This document shows positions 47,438-58,383 of a DNA stretch of 64,000 nucleotides, piece after piece. This DNA comes from a virus. Taxonomy: Duplodnaviria > Heunggongvirae > Uroviricota > Caudoviricetes. A model generated the notes under the pieces. It saw nothing but the letters and a program-made list of their open reading frames with translations. It was not told where the DNA came from and searched no databases. The stretch lies in IMG/VR virus record IMGVR_UViG_3300029842_000004; one strand, 5' to 3'. The first letter of the stretch is position 1, and each line of letters begins with the position of its first letter. A program made the translations under genes and the position numbers.

Positions 47438-47861
47438 TTATTTCAAACGTTCTACAATTAACTTCTTTAAATCTTCGAATGAATCAGTAAGGTCATTCAC
47501 CTTATTTTCTATACCAGCTATTTTACGATCCTGCTCTCTCGTTTGTTTGAATGCCGGATTGATGTCTTCTAATATAGATTCACAAGCCTCTATCTTGGCA
47601 CGATGGGCATCTACGCTGTTTATTATGTCTTGACTGGTGTTTTTTTATAGCATTCAGTTCGTTCATAATCGGATCTATGCTGGTAGATAATGTTATGCCC
47701 ATAGCCTTAGCCACATTCTGGGATTCCGGGACCGTATAGGTCTTGGTTTCGCCAGTGAGCTCTACCGTCAGATCCACCACGCGGGTCTGCATCTCCCTCA
47801 TTTCCAACTGACAGAATTTGTCGTTGATCATAACGGTTTGGGCGTCAAGTTTCGCAGACAA
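47438..47861 (-). pseudogene. ORF split by a frameshift at an A7 run (plus-strand T7, 47640-47646): 93-aa ORF plus about 66 codons open in the Bro-N frame
   Basis: Reading A7 as A6 joins ...NELNAIKK to TSQDIINSVDAHRAKIEACESILEDINPAFKQTREQDRKIAGIENKVNDLTDSFEDLKKLIVERLK*. Confidence 0.4.
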
Positions 47862-48376
47862 GATATTGAATTGGCTTGTGGCTTCTCTGCCTCTGCCTGC
47901 GACTTTTCGGCTATAGCTTTTTGAGCAGCTTCATATTGATCAGCCCAGGCTCTTGCTGCATCTGCCGGATTAGAAAAGTCAGGGACCAAAATTCCCTTTC
48001 CACCGGAACTTGTTTTATATTCTCCTGTTTTACGAATAGAAGGAAGAACCTCAGATGTTACCCATTTCTTAAATCTCTTAGCAGACTCTAATTTTGAAGA
48101 TAATATAAGAGAATATAAACCAGATTCATTAATTATTCTTATACTATCTATATATCTAGTTTTCAATATAGATCGTTTTACGCCCCATTGATTATCAGAT
48201 ACTTGAAAAAGCATAGAATCATCATCATCTACATGTCTTTTTACCGCATCTTTAGCATTTATATATCCAAGAGATTTAGCCACATCTGACGCCACAAACC
48301 AAACATCTCCTTTTGGATCTACAATAATTCTAAGCTCTCCAAAATCCGAACTTTCAAAAACAGAAACTTTATCCAT
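47828..48376 (-). CDS. Bro-N domain protein (phage antirepressor/BRO family), 182 aa
   Basis: FESSDFGELRII.DPKGDVWFVASDVAKSLGY...ESGLYSLILSSKLESAKRFKKWVTSEVLPSIRKTGEY matches the Bro-N consensus. Confidence 0.85.
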   Translation of the reverse strand: MDKVSVFESSDFGELRIIVDPKGDVWFVASDVAKSLGYINAKDAVKRHVDDDDSMLFQVSDNQWGVKRSILKTRYIDSIRIINESGLYSLILSSKLESAKRFKKWVTSEVLPSIRKTGEYKTSSGGKGILVPDFSNPADAARAWADQYEAAQKAIAEKSQAEAEKPQANSISCLRNLTPKPL

Positions 48377-48550
48377 GATAAAAAAAATAGGCCCAAAAGA
48401 GAATGTCAGATCCCACTATGACAAACCCTAATGAGCCAAAAATATCTTTCAACATCAAACAACCAGAGGTGGGATCTCGTTGTTCATTGTTTCTGGAGCA
48501 AAGATAGGAACAGGATTTTAAATAGCAAATATTTTAATACTTTTTAAATC

Positions 48551-48580
48551 AAACCAGGGCCCGCATCACTGCGAGCCCTG
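48551..48580 (-). terminator. GC-rich hairpin (cagggcccgca / tgcgagccctg, loop tcac) in a long AT-rich intergenic region
   Basis: Stem of about 10 bp with one mismatch. Minus-strand downstream is T-rich. Confidence 0.45.
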
Positions 48581-49015
48581 ATCTACACTAATCTAAACTA
48601 ATACCATGAAAAACTTAAATCTAAAAACTAAAGAACACACAAATGTAGGAAAATGTATGCCTTTCACAAAGAATCTGTATCCTGTTCTTTTGTGTGATTC
48701 AAGACATGGGATATAGTTCTGATACTTAATCCGGTTTGATTTTGTATCAGATTATAAATATAGGATTTTGAAACTACAGTTCTTAATTGACCTAAATCAT
48801 TCATAATGTTTTTATACATAAGATGAATGCTGTTGTTACGTTTGATGGTACTGATTCTCGTTTCCTACTGTTATTAGTTACGTTCGGTTCTTACTTTTTC
48901 CTTATTTCCATAATCCCTTCCTGAAACTAATATTGCAAACTTAATAAAAATAATTCATAAACAATGAAAATCTAACTTTTCTTGTATGTTATTGATATAC
49001 GTGCATATATAAGAA

Positions 49016-49046
49016 AAGTGAGACTTTCACAAGCCTCACTTCCCAA
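49016..49046 (-). terminator. hairpin aagtgag / ctcactt (12-nt loop) downstream of the 759-aa gene, T-rich after it on minus strand
   Basis: Inverted repeat read directly. Confidence 0.4.
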
Positions 49047-49087
49047 ATTATAACTATGAAAAAACTATATATATATATATACAAAAA

Positions 49088-51367
49088 TTACCTGCATTCC
49101 AATTTGTTAAGATCATCCAATTCAGACTTGCTTACGGTCATGTCTTGCGTCAAGCCAGATCTGTTTTGGTATGGAGCGTAATCAGTTTCTACCGTCTTAG
49201 CCTTCTGAGTAGAATCGTATTTCACCTCCGATTCGGTTCCTGTCAGATTTTGGTAGATAGAGCCGGAACTACTCTCGCTTACTTTAGACCATATCTTATT
49301 ACCTACTCTTATAAAATTATCATAAATACCTTCTGCTGTTATAACACCACCTTGCTCTACGATATTAGAACCCGATTTTTCTTTTAACAAATACGGGTGC
49401 CTGGTGTAAAAATAGTGTTCAAAATCATTCCCAGCATACGAAGGGTCATACCTCTCCAAATAAAACAATTCTGATAAAGAAGGGTCGGTACTGGTCATGC
49501 TATAATCAAACAACATCAACCTGTCTTTTCCAGATAAAGATAATTCTATTGATTTCAAAATATCAGGATCATCAGAAATAAGACCCAAAGATGGACCAGG
49601 TTTGAAGTCAAGATACTTATAGGCATTATCATATAATTTTGTTTTATGGAGTTTGTTGTCAAGGTAAGATTGGTATAAATCGAATAAGGATAATGGGTTT
49701 TCGCTATCTTGTTTTTTGTTCATGTATCGACTATACTCCCGATCCACATCCACGTAAGGAACGTCAAGTACCGCCGGGTGTCCAAACGCCATCCTGGTCA
49801 TTATCATGTCCTCTGTGTTCTGAGAATCCATGAACGATCTGACGTATTTTTTAATGGAATCCATGAGCGTATTATTATCTACGTTCCGTACTTTCTCTTT
49901 ATCCAAAACGCCGTTCTTAAAACAAGATTCAGGATATATTTTAGCAGGAAAGTGAGTTAGGTCGTGCTTGGCTAACACTGTTGATATTTGATACATCTCG
50001 TTAAGATCATCTTTGCTGATCCTTTGATATAGATTATCTCCTACCTTAAGCAATGAATGTTTCTCAAATGCCTCTACTGGGTCTATATCGGATTCAGAAT
50101 AAACGATATTCAAATTATCCATATACTCCGGTAATAATCCAAAATAATAATCTGTGCTATCACCAAGAACATCGTCTATAGAAGATGCCAGCGTAGGAGC
50201 ATAATTCACATCATTGTGCCTGGCCACATAAATATCAAGATCCAGCATCAAATTATCTATCTTATTCAAAGATTGTTCTGTGCCATCATAAGTTTCCGAT
50301 GTCCCTATTATATCTATACCAAACCACGTACAAGCCTCTTCTATATCCCATATCATGCTTCTTAAATCAGATTCGGTGTCAGCGTTAGCCCTATTTAAAT
50401 AAGCTGATATACGAGCTCTTAGAAATTCTATTTTACCGGGATTATAATAAGACAGGTCTTGTAGCTTAGATAAAGATCTTTTCTTCCCTTCTACCACATC
50501 ATCACCTTCTATGTTTATTACCGGTATCTTTTCCATAGATGAAAACTCATCAAACATAGATTCAGCAAATTTTTTATCAGAAACAAATTTCTCGACCAGC
50601 TCAGGATACAGGTTCCTCAACGATTCAAAAGCAGATGAAAATTCAGAAAAGTTTTTTATGCCGCCTACTGTTTTGCACATAGCCCAATAAAGCTCAGAAG
50701 GATTATATGGTACTTTTTTACCAAATTGGTTAAACACTCCCTCCTTGTAAACAATAGGACCATACTGATAGTCAATAGACATAAAATAATTATCTTTTTC
50801 CCTATCATGTTCGTTATTGGAATAATCCAATAACTTCCTCATGGATGTCAAAACTTCATTAAGAACAGAAGGGTCAGATAAGATTCTACTTATCTCTGTT
50901 TCATTATACAAGCCTGATCTTCTTAAATTCTGCTCATTCAGTATCAAACTACCATCTACATAAAAATAATGAAGAATGATGTTGGATAATGATGGTGCCG
51001 TATAAACACCATAGGTAGATAAAAGAAAATCTCTTACATCCTTAACATCCTGATCCGTTAGAGGATCGGCAAAATAAGTTTGACGCTTCATATACGACAG
51101 CACGTCTTCTAAAAGAGGTTCACCATTGGAATCGGTATTAAACATCTCCCCTGGAGCCGGGTTATTCCAATGACCGTAATACGACAAAAAACCAGGAGTG
51201 TAAGCCTTAGCCCATACATGAAGAGCCCGCTCACTGTTTCCTAATAATTTTAAGGCACTTTCGTAAAGAACGGAAGACTCCCCGTTAGGAGCCTCAACCC
51301 GTTCTATTTTATTTTCCTTCTTTTCTATCTGACATTTGACACCCATAGTGATAAATATTTTAGACAA
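49088..51367 (-). CDS. large structural-module protein (759 aa)
   Basis: Uninterrupted ORF. Confidence 0.75.
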   Translation of the reverse strand: MSKIFITMGVKCQIEKKENKIERVEAPNGESSVLYESALKLLGNSERALHVWAKAYTPGFLSYYGHWNNPAPGEMFNTDSNGEPLLEDVLSYMKRQTYFADPLTDQDVKDVRDFLLSTYGVYTAPSLSNIILHYFYVDGSLILNEQNLRRSGLYNETEISRILSDPSVLNEVLTSMRKLLDYSNNEHDREKDNYFMSIDYQYGPIVYKEGVFNQFGKKVPYNPSELYWAMCKTVGGIKNFSEFSSAFESLRNLYPELVEKFVSDKKFAESMFDEFSSMEKIPVINIEGDDVVEGKKRSLSKLQDLSYYNPGKIEFLRARISAYLNRANADTESDLRSMIWDIEEACTWFGIDIIGTSETYDGTEQSLNKIDNLMLDLDIYVARHNDVNYAPTLASSIDDVLGDSTDYYFGLLPEYMDNLNIVYSESDIDPVEAFEKHSLLKVGDNLYQRISKDDLNEMYQISTVLAKHDLTHFPAKIYPESCFKNGVLDKEKVRNVDNNTLMDSIKKYVRSFMDSQNTEDMIMTRMAFGHPAVLDVPYVDVDREYSRYMNKKQDSENPLSLFDLYQSYLDNKLHKTKLYDNAYKYLDFKPGPSLGLISDDPDILKSIELSLSGKDRLMLFDYSMTSTDPSLSELFYLERYDPSYAGNDFEHYFYTRHPYLLKEKSGSNIVEQGGVITAEGIYDNFIRVGNKIWSKVSESSSGSIYQNLTGTESEVKYDSTQKAKTVETDYAPYQNRSGLTQDMTVSKSELDDLNKLECR

Positions 51368-51387
51368 AGATATTATAAAAATAGAAA

Positions 51388-51970
51388 TTATGAAACTTCT
51401 ATTTCATAATGCGAGGCCTCTGTTTCAACTATCAATCTTCCCTCTCCTTCGAACTCAACACTGTCATTTCCCGGACCAGTAACAAAAGGGAAATCAGATA
51501 CGGATGTTACATAATCTCCAGAACCACCAGAAAAAGACTGACTTTTACTTTGTTTGTAATTGATAGTCAATTGTGTTTTACCTGGCTGAAGAGTTCCAGA
51601 TAAATTTTTAGTATAAGTGGTGGTAGTCGTAATATTCCCATTTTTATAGCAATACATTATAAAAGTAGTAACCGGACTCTTTTTAATATTACTATCTGGA
51701 CCTTCATGATAAGATTCATTTCCTCCAAATATGCTACTAATATGACAATAAGGACCAACTCTTTTATTTGAAGTTTTAGCCTTATTCTCTACTCCCTTCA
51801 AAGATATAGTAACCTTGCTCTTGTATTCAATATCCCTCCAGTTGCAAACTCCTTCACTTACGTTTCCAACAAATCTGTCATCAACATAAACCTCTATATC
51901 CCCCCCCCTGCTGATTGGTCTTCAACTGGTAAGAAACAAGACTTGAGGTATCTTCGTATCTCCTTCTCAT
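51388..51970 (-). pseudogene. gene interrupted by a poly-G9 tract: ATG 51970 ORF stops shortly after the tract; G8 (or G11) would give about 193 aa continuous with the 137-aa ORF 51388..51801
   Basis: Manual translation. ATG AGA AGG...CAG CAG GGG GGG GGA TAT AGA GGT TTA TGT TGA with G9. With G8 the frame runs into MKGVENKAKT... The track ORF begins at TTG. Confidence 0.5.
51900..51908 (-). repeat. poly-G (G9 on the coding strand) at the gene-interrupting position
   Basis: C9 on plus strand, read directly. Confidence 0.9.
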
Positions 51971-51972
51971 AC

Positions 51973-54900
51973 TCAACACTCCTTATTTAACTCATTTATA
52001 GAATCTGAATTATCAGATTTTTTTACAAGATTCTTATTCCTGTCTATCTCTTCCTGACTCATGTTTCTTATCATGTTCTGTATTTCTCTTCCAGATTGTA
52101 ATAAGGAACGTATAAATTCACTGGAACTTATTTTAACTCCAAGATCGGGTTTAGCCCTGAACGCCTCACCGGTGTTGATGTTGTACAAATCATACAAACC
52201 TGAGTTCATGTAGAATTTGTATATCCAGTTTCCACCAGCTTTTTTGTATCCTAATTTGGTTAACTCGACTACACTCATACCAAATTTAATGCCATTACGA
52301 CCCATTATCTTCTCCGGTATAGGTTCTACCTTAGCCGGAACAGATGTATATGCTTCATCACCGCCGTACAGGAAATAAGGGGTTGTCACCCTTGATATGT
52401 GAGTAAGCGGTTCTTCGGATATACGAGGTTCGTCTTTTTCTATTTCTCCTTTTGTAGATCCAGGTAATTCGACATTTCCTTTAACTTCGACATTTGTTCT
52501 GGATTGTCCTTTGCCTTCTCCATCTCCCTTTTTATCGCCATCTTCCTCAGTGCGTACCGCACCGCCTTCTGCACTTCCTTCTTTTCCATCATTTAAAATA
52601 TTATCTGATTCTGACTCTATAGACTCCACAACAGCATCATACTCTGGTATGCCGCTAAGGAAATCTGCTACGTTATTCAAAAACTCTATTTTTTCCTCGT
52701 TTGTCATATCAAGGCTTTCCACGGGCCCCCATATGGCGGGCAAGTTGTTTGATTTTATTACAGTAGAAACATCTTCTATAGTTTGGTTGTCCACCGTAGG
52801 CAAAACTTTAGAAACCAAACTATTGATATCAGATTCCATTTTTTCTACTTCCTCTTTTGTGCCATATTCTTTTAGGGTATCCATGCCATTAACTCTAAGA
52901 GAATAATTCAAAGCCTTGCTTGGAACAAAATTAATATATTTCAAAAAGTTTTTCAACTCTGATATAATTTGTTCGTCAGATCTTGGCCCAACATAATCCT
53001 CGACTACCTGATCTGTTTGAGAACGAAGCCAAGAAACGTATTCTTCTAAAGTCTTACCACCTTTACCGGAAGGAGTGGATATTTTATCACCTACTGTTCC
53101 TTTAGGTTCTAATCCCATTTCCTCCTTAAGGCTTTTAGGATTACCTCTCTCACGAAGAAACCTCAAATCACCTCCTACAATCTTCCTTGCTATAAAATCA
53201 AAAATATTAGCATAAGGCGGCAATCCCTCTTTTTCTATATGAGATTCTATTTCGTTTAACATAAGAGAGAAGTTTTTCCTGGAGGTACGCTTCTTGCCAG
53301 GTAAAGACTGCGCATCTTGTGCCGCAGGAGCCGGCTGAGCTAATGGCGCCGGCTGAGTCTCCCGGGCAGCCCCTTCCTCTGGCATTTCCTCTTCATAAAC
53401 TTCCACGTCTTCCTTAGAAGTAACGGTCTTACCCTCATCAGAGAAAGGAAGATCATCCTCTATAAGTGATTTAGGTCTTGAAGATGATTTACCAAACTGG
53501 ATCCTGATCTTAGGAGCAACAAACATCTCACCTTCGAAATCTATTCCAGATTCTACTTCAGACGTCACAATGTCTTTCACGCTCCTACTTCCATCTTCTA
53601 CCCACTTAACAACATCAGGAACTGTAGATAATTCTTCTATAGCCTCACGAGCTTTTCTAAGACCTGAAATAGGATTCAAATACGATACTTGATACGAAGC
53701 CGGATCAAGACCTAACTTGGTTAGATACGCATTAAGATCTTGTATGTCATCTTGACCCATCTGTAGCAATTCAGAATCACCAGATTCAAGCAGCATATCT
53801 ATAAAAGACATCCATTTCTGCCCTTCCTCTGATTCTACAGAACGTAGGCTAACTGGGAAAAGATAATTAAGACCGTTTTTACCTTTGATGACGACTACCG
53901 GAACTCTTACATTTTTGTAATTATTCCCCTTGTCATTTAATATAGAATAAGCAAATGGGAAGCCTGTGTATTTAGATCCGTTCTTAAGCACGACTTTGCC
54001 ATTTAATACATATCCAACATCAGATACTTTTTCAGCACCTTTTTCGGTAATAGGGAGATTTTCTATCTGGCCATATCCTTGACCGTTCACCTTCATGTTA
54101 AACACCGGTCTTCCGGGAAGGGTCTGGGCAACAACATGCGTGCCGACGCCGATGGTAGCCGACCGGCCGGCGTCCTTCTTCCACTTGTTAAAAGCCGTTC
54201 TTCTTATTTTACTTATACCATCTATGCCTCCTGTATCAGCTTTTACAACAGAAACGAATCTGTTCCCACTCATGACCTTGATAACCATATTGGACACCAG
54301 TTTATTCTCAGCAGATTCTATTCTTTTTTTATCGCCGGACTGAACAGCATCATTGTATTCGGCAAAAAGAGACTGATTATAAGTATCATTTACATCTATT
54401 TCGAGATTAACCTTATCTCCTTTTTTCAAAGAAGATAATGCTTCCTGATCTATTTTATCTACCTCATTCTCTCCGAATCCGACACCCGTTCTGTACGGAA
54501 CCAATTCATCTGAATCAAGACGCTTATAAACCAAAGAATAGGAATTACCCACGTCCTGAATAGACACGTCTGTGTAACGGTTAAGAACACGAGCCGATTC
54601 TTTGTCTATAGACCATCTCGCATGATAAGGCAGTTCAATTATAGTAGCCGTTTCTCCACCTATGTTAAGAGAATACCTTTTAGTACCATTAGCGTTCGTT
54701 TCAGAGCTTATTTGAATAGGAACCAATGATTTTATAGAAGATATAAATTTATCGGCTCTAAGACCCGCAATTTCATACCTTTCGTTGCCATCGTTGGATA
54801 TTCTTCTAACCATCAACGTCTCTGGATTTTGGGCACTATCTATGTTAGCTCCAGGCGTATTATCGGATTCATCTAACTCATTTACAAGAGAATCTATATT

Positions 54901-57900
54901 GGTATCATCCTCCCCAAAATTACTTAACGTAGATTCGGAAATACGACCTTTATCAATAATCCTGTTTTGTTCGATATAAGGAAGGAGATCTGTGATGTTT
55001 CCAACCTGGCCAAGATCTTCTATGGTAAATACAGAATCGGCAAGCTTATCTTCGTCAACCTTCTCCCCTTTATCCCGTCTGTTCATTATATCAACATACG
55101 AAGAAATAGCATCATCAAGTTCCTTCCTTTGATCTGGTTCCAAATTGGATTTAGCCATATCAATAATAGCTTTATTATCCTCATACACAGATCGATGTTC
55201 AGTGAGTCTCCTAACTTTATCTGATAAATCTTTTATCATCTTAGCCGGACTATCACCAAGATTTGATATATAATCATCAATATCCTGTTTATACTTTTCA
55301 TATATCTCCTTCTCCCTTGGAGATAAAAGATCTTGATTACCTGTATATATCTTATCTACGATACGTTCTTTAACCTCTATAGGTGCAGACAAAAGATCTT
55401 CCATTGCCGACTCATAATCAAAATCAGACAATATATCTTCTTTCGGCTTCTGAGTTATACCATCGTTTAGATGACCAAATACTTTCATGGTAAATGCTTC
55501 ATCTGAATTTATTTCTCCATTATTCAGAAGCTCATCTATTTTTTCATCCAAACTGATATTATTACCCTCTGTCTGGTAAAAACGATCACTTTCTATAGAT
55601 TTAGTATTAGAAGATACCATATCATTTAAGAACTTAGAAAATAAAGAAAAATCATGTCTCATGAATTTCTTATCCTGTATGGAGTTCATAAATGACCGTA
55701 AAACCTTATATTGGGTAATGGCTTTCTGGTATTTCACCACCATATTTCTTAAATCCTCTGCTTCTTTCTTCCCTTTATTATTCTCAATATAAGTACTTAA
55801 AGAAGCTACAGAGTCATAAGCTTTCAATATATCTTCAGCAGTTATTGTTTCGGATTTAAACAACTCAAGAGCTAATACTCCAGGATCAAAAGAATAAAAT
55901 ACTTCTTTATAACTACTAAGAAGATCTTCTGACAACCTTCTATATTCCTTATTAAGATTATCGTATTTAATAGTTTTTTGTTTTATAGCCTCTGCTTCGG
56001 TATCATTGCCATCCTCTACTCTTCTCGGAGTTGTAGCCAACCTCTCTATTTCAGCATTCAGATCATTGATCTCATTACGCAATTCCCTTAACTGATTAAC
56101 TGTATCAAAAGCTTGACTTGATAATGAATAAAACGTATTTATATCATCAAACAAATTATTGTCATTTACATAATCAGCAATATCATTTGATGCTTCCATT
56201 GCTATATCTTCTGCATCCAACCCCTTAAACACAGCATTAGCAACATTAGATCGATAAAGATCAGATGAAGTCTCAGCAGTAATAGCCTCAGCAAAAGAAG
56301 AAGCTTTTTTATAATTGGCTAACTTCTTATCAAAATCTTTTATAATATCTTCCTTGTATTTTTTAACAGTTTCTTCATCTACTTTCATTTCAGAAGCCAA
56401 CTCATTTTCGTCAAGGCTTTTAACCATTGACCTGAAATTGTTAGCCGTATCCTCTAATATTCCCATTCTGTCAGATAATTCAAATTTAGAATAATAATCT
56501 GATTCAGGATCATTCATTTGAGCATTAAATTCGGCTAAATTTCGCATAGAGTCTTTTACGGATTGAGAAGTAAAAGCATTATTACTATTAAATTTCTCAA
56601 CATCAGTATTAATAGTACGCTCTTTATTTCTCCTTTCATATAAACCAAAAGCACCATTTCTGGCTCCAAATAAACCACCAATCAGGGCTCCTATGCCAAT
56701 CTCTTTCAATCCTTCTTTGGTTGTAAATTGTTCAGCTATAGCCTTAGAAAAAGAATCAACTATAGAAGACGTAGCATCAAGATACGTCTTATCATATCTT
56801 GATCTAATAAAATCTTCTCCCATGCGCTGAGCAACACCTTGCATGCCTTCCTCCCATACACCTTCAGATATGGGTCTTTTAGATACATTCCAAATAGTAG
56901 CTAAGGATTTCTGGAATAAATTTGCTTTTACCGTCTGTAATCTTCCAGCATCACCCGCTACCTTCTTAGTCCCTAATCCAAACAAATAGCGATCTACAAA
57001 ACTCTTTGATCCCCTATATGTGTTTGATACACCCTTTAATCCAGGTATGTATTTAGAAGCAAAACCAGTGTCTACTCCAAGATATTTTCCCAGAAGAAGA
57101 TAATTGGATAATCCAACTATACCCATATTAGCTAAAAATATGCTGTTTGCCGTATCGGAAATAGAACTCTTAAATTCAGCCATCTCAGACTGATTAGGAT
57201 TCCGACCATACATATTTTTAAAATATTCCTTGTATTTACTTTCAGAGTCTTTCATAAAGGACTGAGCCTCCACGGCAGACTCCCAGCCGGCGCCCACAAA
57301 CGTATTTACTCCTACCTTGGCCATATTGCCTATGGCCCTGCCGTACATCGCTCCTGCCCTATACGCTCCAAAAGCAGATTTTACAGCACTTGCCGCAATC
57401 TTAGACGCCGCCATCTTTCCGGCCACCCTCATCCCTACTTTAGCACCAACAGCTCCAAGACTTGACACACCCATCCCACCTGTAAGGTAGGCAGACAAAA
57501 TAGCTCCTGTCGTAAACGATAGACCATTTCCAATAACATCATTAAAAATAAAATTTGCAGTTCCAAGACTCTGCAAAAATCCCATATCACGTTCTTCTCT
57601 TGTATAATAATGAGGAAGAGAGTGGTTTATTCTTTCATCTATATCATTTATGGTTCGTGTAAAATCATTGTCAAATGCAGAAGATAACGTACCAGTCTTT
57701 ATAAGATTATACGCAGCCGGGATAATACCTACTACTCCTGATACACCATATAATGCTGTTTTTGTGACAAGCTTCCCTATGCCATTAACAGCCTTATTCC
57801 AAGTAGTTTGACTTCTTCCGTAATAATCTTCATTATCCCTTCCTGGCATATAACTTTTAAACCTTGCAAGACCGATGTTCCCATCGGATAAAAAGTCATA

Positions 57901-58380
57901 TGCTTCATCTAACTTAATAGTTCTTCCTTTACCAAATACACCAAAATCAGCAGCAGATGACTGTTGATTACCAGCTATAACCTCACCATAAGACGTTTGT
58001 TTACCAGAATAAGTATTCCTTGATTTATCTTGAATAGATTTTATCATGGAATTTAACTTATTATAAGACTCCTCTTTCTTCTTTCTTGGATCATCTCCAC
58101 CATTCAGAGCCGATTTTAGTCCAGAAAAAGATGTGTCTACATCAAAAGAAGTATCTATTCCGCTAATATCATATCCTTTTTCTGAATCATCATCAGGATT
58201 TATGGCTGATACCGGGGGAGTATATGAACCTACTTTCATCCTCTCCATCTCTCTTTTTGCTCCCTCAATAAGAGAAGATTCTTCTTCATATCGCGTAGGA
58301 ACTCCGGCATTATACCCTCTCAATCCAGTAGATGGTAAGAAACCTGATTTCTCTACCAATGTCTGTTCCTTATTTTCCAT
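51973..58380 (-). CDS. giant protein (2135 aa), probable virion-associated or ejected cargo protein
   Basis: Uninterrupted 6.4-kb ORF. Central coiled-coil region. Pro/Ala-rich linker. Stop overlaps the downstream start. Confidence 0.8.
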   Translation of the reverse strand: MENKEQTLVEKSGFLPSTGLRGYNAGVPTRYEEESSLIEGAKREMERMKVGSYTPPVSAINPDDDSEKGYDISGIDTSFDVDTSFSGLKSALNGGDDPRKKKEESYNKLNSMIKSIQDKSRNTYSGKQTSYGEVIAGNQQSSAADFGVFGKGRTIKLDEAYDFLSDGNIGLARFKSYMPGRDNEDYYGRSQTTWNKAVNGIGKLVTKTALYGVSGVVGIIPAAYNLIKTGTLSSAFDNDFTRTINDIDERINHSLPHYYTREERDMGFLQSLGTANFIFNDVIGNGLSFTTGAILSAYLTGGMGVSSLGAVGAKVGMRVAGKMAASKIAASAVKSAFGAYRAGAMYGRAIGNMAKVGVNTFVGAGWESAVEAQSFMKDSESKYKEYFKNMYGRNPNQSEMAEFKSSISDTANSIFLANMGIVGLSNYLLLGKYLGVDTGFASKYIPGLKGVSNTYRGSKSFVDRYLFGLGTKKVAGDAGRLQTVKANLFQKSLATIWNVSKRPISEGVWEEGMQGVAQRMGEDFIRSRYDKTYLDATSSIVDSFSKAIAEQFTTKEGLKEIGIGALIGGLFGARNGAFGLYERRNKERTINTDVEKFNSNNAFTSQSVKDSMRNLAEFNAQMNDPESDYYSKFELSDRMGILEDTANNFRSMVKSLDENELASEMKVDEETVKKYKEDIIKDFDKKLANYKKASSFAEAITAETSSDLYRSNVANAVFKGLDAEDIAMEASNDIADYVNDNNLFDDINTFYSLSSQAFDTVNQLRELRNEINDLNAEIERLATTPRRVEDGNDTEAEAIKQKTIKYDNLNKEYRRLSEDLLSSYKEVFYSFDPGVLALELFKSETITAEDILKAYDSVASLSTYIENNKGKKEAEDLRNMVVKYQKAITQYKVLRSFMNSIQDKKFMRHDFSLFSKFLNDMVSSNTKSIESDRFYQTEGNNISLDEKIDELLNNGEINSDEAFTMKVFGHLNDGITQKPKEDILSDFDYESAMEDLLSAPIEVKERIVDKIYTGNQDLLSPREKEIYEKYKQDIDDYISNLGDSPAKMIKDLSDKVRRLTEHRSVYEDNKAIIDMAKSNLEPDQRKELDDAISSYVDIMNRRDKGEKVDEDKLADSVFTIEDLGQVGNITDLLPYIEQNRIIDKGRISESTLSNFGEDDTNIDSLVNELDESDNTPGANIDSAQNPETLMVRRISNDGNERYEIAGLRADKFISSIKSLVPIQISSETNANGTKRYSLNIGGETATIIELPYHARWSIDKESARVLNRYTDVSIQDVGNSYSLVYKRLDSDELVPYRTGVGFGENEVDKIDQEALSSLKKGDKVNLEIDVNDTYNQSLFAEYNDAVQSGDKKRIESAENKLVSNMVIKVMSGNRFVSVVKADTGGIDGISKIRRTAFNKWKKDAGRSATIGVGTHVVAQTLPGRPVFNMKVNGQGYGQIENLPITEKGAEKVSDVGYVLNGKVVLKNGSKYTGFPFAYSILNDKGNNYKNVRVPVVVIKGKNGLNYLFPVSLRSVESEEGQKWMSFIDMLLESGDSELLQMGQDDIQDLNAYLTKLGLDPASYQVSYLNPISGLRKAREAIEELSTVPDVVKWVEDGSRSVKDIVTSEVESGIDFEGEMFVAPKIRIQFGKSSSRPKSLIEDDLPFSDEGKTVTSKEDVEVYEEEMPEEGAARETQPAPLAQPAPAAQDAQSLPGKKRTSRKNFSLMLNEIESHIEKEGLPPYANIFDFIARKIVGGDLRFLRERGNPKSLKEEMGLEPKGTVGDKISTPSGKGGKTLEEYVSWLRSQTDQVVEDYVGPRSDEQIISELKNFLKYINFVPSKALNYSLRVNGMDTLKEYGTKEEVEKMESDINSLVSKVLPTVDNQTIEDVSTVIKSNNLPAIWGPVESLDMTNEEKIEFLNNVADFLSGIPEYDAVVESIESESDNILNDGKEGSAEGGAVRTEEDGDKKGDGEGKGQSRTNVEVKGNVELPGSTKGEIEKDEPRISEEPLTHISRVTTPYFLYGGDEAYTSVPAKVEPIPEKIMGRNGIKFGMSVVELTKLGYKKAGGNWIYKFYMNSGLYDLYNINTGEAFRAKPDLGVKISSSEFIRSLLQSGREIQNMIRNMSQEEIDRNKNLVKKSDNSDSINELNKEC

Positions 58381-58383
58381 ATA

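Noticed and set aside
36927-58380. Virion RNA polymerase (DxDGD catalytic motif) in the giant ORFs
   Set aside because: No DxDGD or related metal-binding motif was found by eye in the 2140-aa or 2135-aa proteins. Called only as cargo-like giant proteins.
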